From an uncultured Bacteroidota bacterium (GTDB taxonomy: Bacteria > Bacteroidota > Bacteroidia > UBA4408): a stretch of DNA of 64,000 bases. The notes beneath the pieces were generated by a model. The model saw only the letters and a list, made by a program, of their open reading frames with translations, ran no database searches and had not been told where the DNA came from. The position numbers were made by a program, and so were the translations under genes. Where the stretch lies: assembly GCA_903840505.1 (NCBI GenBank), contig CAIMGI010000187.1:18812-82811 (forward strand), read 5' to 3'. Below, in pieces: positions 30,857 through 38,315 of this stretch (positions are counted from its first letter, which is position 1; each line of letters opens with the position of its first letter).

Positions 30857-31195
30857 ATGAAAACTTCCGAAATAAATTTCACGATTAAATTAGATCAAAA
30901 TAACCTACCCGAAAGCATAGATTGGGAAGCAACCGATTCGGGTGTGGATGGTAAAATACCAAGCAAAGCAGTAATGTTAGCCGTGTGGGACCCAAAAGAA
31001 AACAACACCTTGAAAATAGATTTGTGGACAAAGGATATGATGGTGGATGAAATGAAATTGTTTTTTCATCAAACCTTGCTAAGTATGGCGGGCACCTTTG
31101 AACGTGCTACAGGCGAAGATAAAATGGCGGGAGATATGAAGGATTTTTGCCAGTATTTTGCCGAGAAAATGAATTTGTTGGAGAAGAAGAATTAG
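30857..31195 (+). CDS. gldC: Gliding motility-associated protein GldC
   Basis: 112-aa cytoplasmic protein. Its conserved blocks (IDLWTKDMMVDEMK, FFHQTLLSMA, DFCQYFAEK) are characteristic of GldC, and it lies 8 bp after gldB. Confidence 0.65.
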   Translation: MKTSEINFTIKLDQNNLPESIDWEATDSGVDGKIPSKAVMLAVWDPKENNTLKIDLWTKDMMVDEMKLFFHQTLLSMAGTFERATGEDKMAGDMKDFCQYFAEKMNLLEKKN

Positions 31196-31311
31196 GAGAC
31201 TGGAAAACTGTTTCTAAGCGTTTATTCTCAAAAGCTATTCTCCACATTTGGTTTCACAAGAAAGTAATTTACAAGTTATGGGAAAAATGTCGAATAAATT
31301 GGTGATCAAAT

Positions 31312-31349
31312 AAGCCATAACCGTTTAGTTTTTTAAATAGTTATGGCTT
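31312..31349 (+). terminator. Perfect 10-bp stem hairpin (aagccataac ... gttatggctt) followed by ATTTTAG, between gldC and tRNA-Ala
   Basis: The inverted repeat is readable in the sequence. It lies downstream of gldC and may also serve the convergent tRNA. Confidence 0.5.
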
Positions 31350-31356
31350 ATTTTAG

Positions 31357-31430
31357 TGGAGAATATCGGATTCGAACCGATCACCTCTTCACTGCCAGCG
31401 AAGCGCTCTAGCCAAATGAGCTAATTCCCC
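31357..31430 (-). tRNA. tRNA-Ala (anticodon GGC)
   Basis: The reverse complement folds as a canonical 74-nt cloverleaf, with acceptor GGGGAAT/ATTCTCC, anticodon loop CTGGCAG and a T-arm with TTCGAAT. CCA is not encoded. Confidence 0.85.
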
Positions 31431-32135
31431 TTACAATCACCGAAGCTTTAGCATAGGTGGTTTATAGTTATTATAAAGAGCCCTAATGATATTGCACTTA
31501 ATTTGCCCAAAAGTATATAAAATATTGGAATTTAACGAGATTTCGAAATAAACGTAAGTGCTTGTATATTTGGTTTCCTGTACAACGTTCTGTCTATAAA
31601 AACACTCGAATTCCACATTCCATAACAGTTCATCGGAAAGGGCAACGACTCCCCCAATACAGTAAAAACCAATAATCGCTTTTGCACATAATGTCGGAAA
31701 TTGTGGTTGCCTAAAATCAAACACTCGAGCAAGAGTAGAACACGTATTGGGATTTATGGAACAAATTACGAATTGGTTATTTATACACTCAGTAGGAATA
31801 TTACGAGCAACTGGAATAACAGGGCTTATCAATTTAACCTGCAATTTATTTAGGTATGAACAAACTAAATAAGACTTTAAGCGCAATACCTTGTCGGGTA
31901 GAGAGATAGTTAGGCAGGTAAATAGATAGGGAAATTATGACGATGAAAGAAAAAACATTGTATTGTTGAAAAACAGATTACAAAAAATCGTTTAACGGTG
32001 CCTGCAATTCTTGTTCAAATCTATAAAAAAGAATACTTTAAGCCAATCTGTATGAGATTTTTTATTATATTTAGCTTTTATTTTTTAAAAGGCAAAGCAT
32101 TTTCAGTTTGCATAAATAATAAAACGGTAGGGTAT

Positions 32136-33125
32136 ATGACAAAAGTTTATCTTTTATTGTTATCAATTTATTTCCTTTCTATCACAACTGTTGTGGCGCA
32201 GGATTCTATAAAAAAGGCAGCTCCCCAATCTGCCGGTGTTGTAGCACAGGATTCTATAAAAAAAGGAGCACCCCAACCTGCCGATACTTTAAAAAAATCT
32301 ATTGTTCCCGGTTCAAGTAAAACTAATGTACCTGACACTACCGTAAAAAGGGGTTCAACTATTGATGCTGGAATAGGGGTTGCTGTTTCGCCAAGCACTT
32401 TGCGCTTTAATTTGAAACCGGGTAATGCCCAAACAAAAACCATTAAGGTTACTAATGATACTAAAGTAGCGAAGAAATTTAATGTTACCGTACAGGAATT
32501 TAGAGCAAGTGAATTAGGGAAACCCGTTTATTCAAAAATCGGGGAAAGTAAATTTGGTCTTGCAAAATGGTTAAACATTTCTCCCTCCTATATTGAATTA
32601 AGAGCAGGTGAGAAAAAAAACATTAATGTGCAGTTGGATATACCCGATGTTGATAGTGCGGCAATAGCAGGTTGGGTAATTATAGCCATTGATGAAGTAC
32701 GCGATAGAGCCCCTTTAGACCAGTCATCAACGAATAAAAACACCCTTGCGCTTGGAATTGTTCCTTCCATAGGATTTGGAGTGTATGTATTTCAAAATCC
32801 TCCCGAAGTAAATAGCCATAATGTTGAAATTACAAGCTTTAAGTATAACGAAACGGGGAATAAAAGAATTGTTGAAATGGAATGTAAAAATATAGGAAAC
32901 GGAATAGGTTTTTGCAGTAATTATTTGGAGCTAATTAATTTAACGACAGGTGAACAAACAAAGTTGCCAATAAAGCAGGTAACAATACTACCAGGATTTG
33001 TAAGAAAGTTTTATTTTGAGTTGTCTTCTACTTTAAAGCCTGGCAAATACTCGGCTGCGGGGGTCCTTGATTTTGGAAGCAAAGAGTATGTACAAACTGC
33101 TGAGCTAGAATTTTTAATACAATAA
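32136..33125 (+). CDS. Secreted two-Ig-like-domain protein, putative periplasmic chaperone of the adjacent fibre operon
   Basis: Signal peptide (MTKVYLLLLSIYFLSITTVVAQ) and a duplicated 16-aa linker. Two ~110-aa beta-rich domains follow, with PapD-like strand patterns (VSPSTLRFNLKPG..TKTIKVTN....FNVTVQEF). The chaperone role is inferred. Confidence 0.4.
   Translation: MTKVYLLLLSIYFLSITTVVAQDSIKKAAPQSAGVVAQDSIKKGAPQPADTLKKSIVPGSSKTNVPDTTVKRGSTIDAGIGVAVSPSTLRFNLKPGNAQTKTIKVTNDTKVAKKFNVTVQEFRASELGKPVYSKIGESKFGLAKWLNISPSYIELRAGEKKNINVQLDIPDVDSAAIAGWVIIAIDEVRDRAPLDQSSTNKNTLALGIVPSIGFGVYVFQNPPEVNSHNVEITSFKYNETGNKRIVEMECKNIGNGIGFCSNYLELINLTTGEQTKLPIKQVTILPGFVRKFYFELSSTLKPGKYSAAGVLDFGSKEYVQTAELEFLIQ
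32198..32293 (+). repeat. 48-bp direct tandem duplication encoding VVAQDSIKK(A/G)APQ(S/P)A(G/D)
   Basis: gttgtggcgcaggattctataaaaaaggcagctccccaatctgccggt / gttgtagcacaggattctataaaaaaaggagcaccccaacctgccgat. Confidence 0.8.
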
Positions 33126-33276
33126 AAAACTTAATATTTTAACCTAAAATATGATACAAAAAGAAAGATAAAGGACAACGTGTTTTCATAGTCGCCTAGG
33201 GCGATATTTGAAAAGGCGCTTAAGCTCGCATAGTTAGTCTTTTTAAATCAATAAAATAAACTTAAACTCTTTATTT

Positions 33277-34074
33277 ATGAAAAAAATAATTTTTATAGCT
33301 TTAGTAGCAGCAGGGTCAATTCTAGCATCTAATTCTTATGCGCAGTTAATAGATGAAAAAAACGTAACTATTACAATGGATTTGCAACCAATTTTGCAAT
33401 TGAACATGACTACTCCTGATCAAATTGATTTCGTATTTGATGAAATTCCTGAATACATTGGAGGTATCACTAAATACGCAGGAACTGTTCTTAAAGTAAG
33501 CTCTTCTGTATCTTGGGATCTTTATGCAGCAGCTAGTTCCAATGCTCATTTGGGCGGTGTAGGAGATATTTGGGATCAACAAGTTATTTATGGTGCAGGT
33601 ACTTCTGCTGGTGCGAGAAGTGACTTACCCCTAAACTTGCTGGAAATGCATCAATTTGGACCAAACAATTTTCCTGGTACAGCCACAAACTTTGCCGACT
33701 ATAGCGGAGCATTCCGCCCGGTATCCGGTTTAGGTACTAACGATGGACAAAATAACGTGTATGTAAGCGCAGCTGGTACACCTTATGTTTCCCCTCCTGA
33801 TGGTGAGAAATACATTAATGGCGGTGAAGCTGCAATAGCAACAGCTTTGGTACCAGGGGGGTCTTATTTGACAACACTTTTTCCAGTTGGAACAAGTGAT
33901 TACTATTTTGTAATTGACTACCGTGTCCTTCCGGGCTTACCTGCTATTTTTCCACTTGCTTCTGATAATACAGGTGCTGTAAATGACTTAGTAACTTCAG
34001 GTGCTGTAGGTGATTATGCACAACCTGGTGTTTACACTATGGATGTGAAATATGTTTTAATTGAAAATCAATAG
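33277..34074 (+). CDS. Secreted fibre-subunit-like protein A (paralog of next gene)
   Basis: Signal peptide. The N-terminus has alternating hydrophobics (NVTITMDLQPILQL), a conserved IDFVFD...IGGI block and a C-terminal DYRVLPG...VKYVLIEN beta-strand. Length is 265 aa. Confidence 0.45.
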   Translation: MKKIIFIALVAAGSILASNSYAQLIDEKNVTITMDLQPILQLNMTTPDQIDFVFDEIPEYIGGITKYAGTVLKVSSSVSWDLYAAASSNAHLGGVGDIWDQQVIYGAGTSAGARSDLPLNLLEMHQFGPNNFPGTATNFADYSGAFRPVSGLGTNDGQNNVYVSAAGTPYVSPPDGEKYINGGEAAIATALVPGGSYLTTLFPVGTSDYYFVIDYRVLPGLPAIFPLASDNTGAVNDLVTSGAVGDYAQPGVYTMDVKYVLIENQ

Positions 34075-34134
34075 TCCCTTTATATAAACCCCTCGAATCG
34101 TTTTTGTTTCGGGGGGGTTATTAAATTATAGTTT

Positions 34135-34758
34135 ATGAGGCTGTTAATAGTAATTCTCTTTTTAATAGTGACCAAACCTGTTTTTTCTCAATGCCCCCTT
34201 GTGGTTACTGCAGAATGTGCAGGAGTTCCTATGAGTGGCATTATTGTAAGTGCCAGCCAATTAGAAAATATAGATTTTACATTTGATAGTTTTTCAAAAA
34301 TAATTGGCGGTATCGGCATGAGTGGAAAAACACAATTGCGAGTGAAAGTACAAGCAAATACAGCTCTTTGTAAGTGGGGCTTGTATATGACCATTGATAA
34401 TATTGGCGCAGTAGGTGCAACTGATTGGAGTAGCAATGTTATATACGGGACAAGTGGTAACCCCCCCGGGTTGGATTTATTAAAAGTAGAAGTATATAAT
34501 GGCTGTAACACACCCATTAATAATCGTGTTTATCAAGCGTTTGTTACCAATGCGCAAATGATACCTATAATAGAAGATCTAGGGGCCATTAATGTAGCGG
34601 GTTCTTGTGTCACTAATGTGAATGGGCCTGGCAATTATATAACAAATTATAATGAATTCTCTTTTACGGTTGATTATCGAATTATTCCTTCCCCATCTTT
34701 AAATATAACACCTGGTCAATATTCAGTAAAAGTCCATTTTTGTTTAGTAGAAAATTGA
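34135..34758 (+). CDS. Secreted fibre-subunit-like protein B (paralog of previous gene)
   Basis: Signal peptide and four Cys residues. It shares the IDFTFD...IGGI block and the C-terminal DYRIIP...VKVHFCLVEN strand with the previous gene. Length is 207 aa. Confidence 0.45.
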   Translation: MRLLIVILFLIVTKPVFSQCPLVVTAECAGVPMSGIIVSASQLENIDFTFDSFSKIIGGIGMSGKTQLRVKVQANTALCKWGLYMTIDNIGAVGATDWSSNVIYGTSGNPPGLDLLKVEVYNGCNTPINNRVYQAFVTNAQMIPIIEDLGAINVAGSCVTNVNGPGNYITNYNEFSFTVDYRIIPSPSLNITPGQYSVKVHFCLVEN

Positions 34759-34762
34759 GTTG

Positions 34763-37700
34763 ATGGAGAAGCTGCTAAATTCAAATATCAAAACACACAC
34801 TTTAGGAAATTTGCTATTGTATAAATACATATTTATCCTTCTTTTTTCATTATTTATTCTTCCTTTTGAGATGAGATCTCAAACACAAAATCAAAACAAT
34901 AAAAAGGTTACTGCTACTTTCAGCTCGCAAGTAATAGAGTTAAAAACAAAATCAGAATTGATATCAAATGTTTTGAAAGTAAAAAACATTAACGGTACTC
35001 CAAAAGATTTTTACATAGACGTTAATTGTCCGAACGATTGGAAGGTTCTTAATTCCACAAAACAGATATATACTGTTAATGCGGGTGACTCCATATACAT
35101 TCCCGTACGCGTCATTCCGTCTCTTTTAACATTTAAAGGCGGTTCGCTGTATATGATAAATGTTTTTTTAATTGCAACTATTGATGGAAAGCAATTGGAT
35201 AATACTATGTTTAAAATTTCTAAACCAAGCAAGAGGAGTTGGGCATTGGATGTATTACCCGAATCCCGCATTTATTTTTTAAATGATCACAAAAAAGCAC
35301 CATTTAGTGTTTCTGTTGCTAATAATGGCGAAGATAAAGAGGATATTAGTCTTTTTATAAATCATGTTGGACAGTCGCTCAATATTGCAGATACAGCAGG
35401 CCAAGAAGTTAAAAAACGTTTTTTTGACATTACGCTGAACCCTTCAAATGACACAACGTTAAAATTTTTGGCAGATATAAAGGATGTGCCTCGAAACTTT
35501 AAACGAGTTGATCTGGATAACCATAACCCGAAAGAAGCTTTTGAAACTAGAAAGTATACAATCTTTTTTAGAGCAACGGAACCCAAAACACGAAAAATAA
35601 AAAAAAGCGACACTAAAAAATCAGTTGCCGTTGCAACTAAAGTCGTCTCCGTAACTAAAAAAATTAATAAAACTCATGCTGTAAGGTACAGCAAAACACT
35701 TGACTTTATTCGCCTCTCAGATAATGTAATTGTAAACAATTATCGTAGCTCAATTATCCCAGTTTCAGTAGAAGCTAATTTTCATAATATTTTTGGTTTT
35801 CAGCCCATTGGCAATACAATTATTCGTTCAAATAAATTACTTAGCCCCACTTCGAGTTTTAACTTTTTATTACAAAATAATTTTTCCTATTATTCTCCTG
35901 AAAAATTTCTTGCCAGGGGAAACAGCTCATTTTATTTAGGTTACTATTCTAAGCATTGGGATTTTAGTGTAGGAACAAATGCAGGTTTGATGGGTATTGG
36001 AGGCTCCACAGCTATGAATAGCGGCAATGGATCTGCAGCAAGTTATCATACAAAAAGGTTCAGAGCATCGGCTTTTTATAGTAGAGGCCCTATCTTAGGG
36101 TCACCTATAAACCATAGTTATGGAGCAGGGGTAAGTGGCAATTTTTTTAATAGACTTACCTTATCAGCAGGCTCAAGTCAAAGTCGATCTTTGATTCTTC
36201 CATCGGATGCCAGTTTTGTTTTTGCACGAGCCAATTACAGAGCAAATAAGTTTTTGAGTTTATTTGTTGGTTATAATTATCGTGTATCAAGAGCTAACAT
36301 AAACGCCCCTGGTCAGATTACTACAGAAGGCAATTTTTTTAATGGCGGCTATAGTGCATTATTCCTTAAACAAAGGCTGAACCAATCAATGTCTGCCAAT
36401 TTTGGTGATACGTATTATGCGAATGTAAGGCTCAGATCAAAATTTTCTATTGTTTTATCTAATAAGTTTTCTCCTAAGTCAAGAGCCTACTTGCTTCGTA
36501 TGCGTAACAGTTATTTTCAGTCGCAAGATTCACTTAAGGGGTTTTCGAAATACGATCGCTTAGCATTCAGCAACTCTTTTTCTTATAGTAAATCAAGCCA
36601 AAAGAAAGGATCTTTAGTTCCAAATTTTTTTTATAATTATTCTCAACAAGCGCTTGCTAAAATGCATTTTAGAGGCATAGGGTTCAATTCGTTTTATGGT
36701 AATCAAGAAAAGAACACGAGAGCTTCTGTTTCATCAATTGTAGGATATAATCGTTACATAGATAGCGCTATTACAAAAGAGTTGTTTAGTTTACAATTTT
36801 ATGGAATGGTTCAATGGCAAACATTCACGATGAATGCAAATTATTATTATGGTCCGGCCGGAATTTATGGTGCCAAAAGAGTATTGTATAGCACCAATAG
36901 TTATCCTCAAATTTTTAGAACATCTCTTTCATACGAATACTTATTTAAAAATAGACGTTTTGTATTAAGGCTTCCCCTTAGTTACGCCTATAACAATACT
37001 GCTTTTTCTCATAATATAAATATTAACCCACAAGTATATTTGTTTACTTATAACGATTGGCGCCTAAGATTGGATTTGAATTATTCGTACTTAAGAAATA
37101 ATCTGCAAAAACAATTTCAATACACTTCACAATCAACATTTGAGGATGATTTAGATAAGCCAACGGTGGGCAATGTCTTTACTATTGGTGTAGGAATAAA
37201 AAAAGATTTTGGCATTCCTATACCTAAAAAATGGTCGAAAATAGCATACGGCAGTCCGACATTTTTAGCGTTCCTTGACTTTAATGGCAATAGGGTAATG
37301 GATAAGGAAGAGGCTCTTTTAGAAAACATTGTGATTAGGGTTGATAATTATGAAATATTGACCAATGAAAAAGGTTCGGCCTTTTTGACAAATATGCCTG
37401 CCGGAAGATATTCTTACAATGTATTTTCGTTGGTTGACCTTGGCGGATGGTTTTATCAACATTTGGATAGTTTAGATATTGACGGCAGAAAAATATATTA
37501 TATCCCCTATACTCGCGGAGTTAAAGTTTTTGGTAATGTGGTTATTGACCGAGAAAAATATTCGAGCGATGTTGTAAAAGATTTAGATATTTCTCGCATA
37601 AAGCTGTCTGTTATAGACACTGCTGGCAAAACACAAACCACATTAACAAATACAAAAGGGGAATTTTATTTTTATGTGCAATATGGAACGTATGTATTAA

Positions 37701-38290
37701 GTATGGATCAAAATGTATTGGGCGAAAAGTTTACATTGGCCCAAAATAATATTAAATTAGAGTTGGAGGAAGGTATGGATAGTTATTTTAACTCATTCTA
37801 TGTGATTGAAAAACACAGAAAGGTCAAGAAAAAAATATTCGGAGCTGATGGGAAATATGAATTGGTAGAGGTGGATCCTGAAAATAATAAAGCGTACCCA
37901 GCCAATAACAACAGAAATCCAAACAATAAGATTTTAAATTTTGATCAAAAACAAAAACAATTGGATTCATTAATTACCCAATTGAATATGTTAAATAATA
38001 AATCACCTAACCGTGCAGATCTACGTTTAATAGTAATAATTAAAACACAAAAATTGGCAACAGAATTAAGTTATGTTTTTTATATAAAGCTTGCCGAAGT
38101 GCCAAAAGGCGTTGCTCCCGAAGCTGCTTTGTCTGATTTGTTGAAGAAAAACAACTTGAAAGGATCGTTAAATATGGATGGTTCAATTACCTATACTGCC
38201 GGGGACTTTAAAACGATAGCCGAGGCTGAAAAAGAATGTTTGAAATATATGAAAGCGGGGCTTACAAAAGCGACCATTGAAAAAAAATGA
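34763..38290 (+). CDS. Large outer-membrane beta-barrel protein with usher-like domain order (N-terminal Ig-like domain, barrel, two carboxypeptidase-regulatory-like domains, SPOR-like C-terminus)
   Basis: The N-terminus has a hydrophobic signal or anchor. The central ~450 aa are Y/S/N/G/F-rich with alternating amphipathic strands (SFYLGYYSKHWDFSVGT, LSLFVGYNYRVSRANI). Two CarbopepD_reg-like beta-sandwich domains follow (IVIRVDNYEILTNEKGSAFL..., IKLSVIDTAGKTQTTLTNTKGEFYF). The C-terminus looks like a SPOR/RNP domain (YTAGDFKTIAEAEKECLKYMKAGL). Confidence 0.45.
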   Translation: MEKLLNSNIKTHTLGNLLLYKYIFILLFSLFILPFEMRSQTQNQNNKKVTATFSSQVIELKTKSELISNVLKVKNINGTPKDFYIDVNCPNDWKVLNSTKQIYTVNAGDSIYIPVRVIPSLLTFKGGSLYMINVFLIATIDGKQLDNTMFKISKPSKRSWALDVLPESRIYFLNDHKKAPFSVSVANNGEDKEDISLFINHVGQSLNIADTAGQEVKKRFFDITLNPSNDTTLKFLADIKDVPRNFKRVDLDNHNPKEAFETRKYTIFFRATEPKTRKIKKSDTKKSVAVATKVVSVTKKINKTHAVRYSKTLDFIRLSDNVIVNNYRSSIIPVSVEANFHNIFGFQPIGNTIIRSNKLLSPTSSFNFLLQNNFSYYSPEKFLARGNSSFYLGYYSKHWDFSVGTNAGLMGIGGSTAMNSGNGSAASYHTKRFRASAFYSRGPILGSPINHSYGAGVSGNFFNRLTLSAGSSQSRSLILPSDASFVFARANYRANKFLSLFVGYNYRVSRANINAPGQITTEGNFFNGGYSALFLKQRLNQSMSANFGDTYYANVRLRSKFSIVLSNKFSPKSRAYLLRMRNSYFQSQDSLKGFSKYDRLAFSNSFSYSKSSQKKGSLVPNFFYNYSQQALAKMHFRGIGFNSFYGNQEKNTRASVSSIVGYNRYIDSAITKELFSLQFYGMVQWQTFTMNANYYYGPAGIYGAKRVLYSTNSYPQIFRTSLSYEYLFKNRRFVLRLPLSYAYNNTAFSHNININPQVYLFTYNDWRLRLDLNYSYLRNNLQKQFQYTSQSTFEDDLDKPTVGNVFTIGVGIKKDFGIPIPKKWSKIAYGSPTFLAFLDFNGNRVMDKEEALLENIVIRVDNYEILTNEKGSAFLTNMPAGRYSYNVFSLVDLGGWFYQHLDSLDIDGRKIYYIPYTRGVKVFGNVVIDREKYSSDVVKDLDISRIKLSVIDTAGKTQTTLTNTKGEFYFYVQYGTYVLSMDQNVLGEKFTLAQNNIKLELEEGMDSYFNSFYVIEKHRKVKKKIFGADGKYELVEVDPENNKAYPANNNRNPNNKILNFDQKQKQLDSLITQLNMLNNKSPNRADLRLIVIIKTQKLATELSYVFYIKLAEVPKGVAPEAALSDLLKKNNLKGSLNMDGSITYTAGDFKTIAEAEKECLKYMKAGLTKATIEKK

Positions 38291-38315
38291 ACTAAATAAT
38301 GTGGTTTAAATTTAT

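Noticed and set aside
31437-31886. 149-aa Cys-rich ORF on the minus strand just downstream of tRNA-Ala
   Set aside because: The composition is low-complexity and Cys/Asn-rich. The ORF has no recognisable motifs, lies in an AT-rich region between a tRNA and an operon promoter region, and has no supporting context. It is more likely non-coding.
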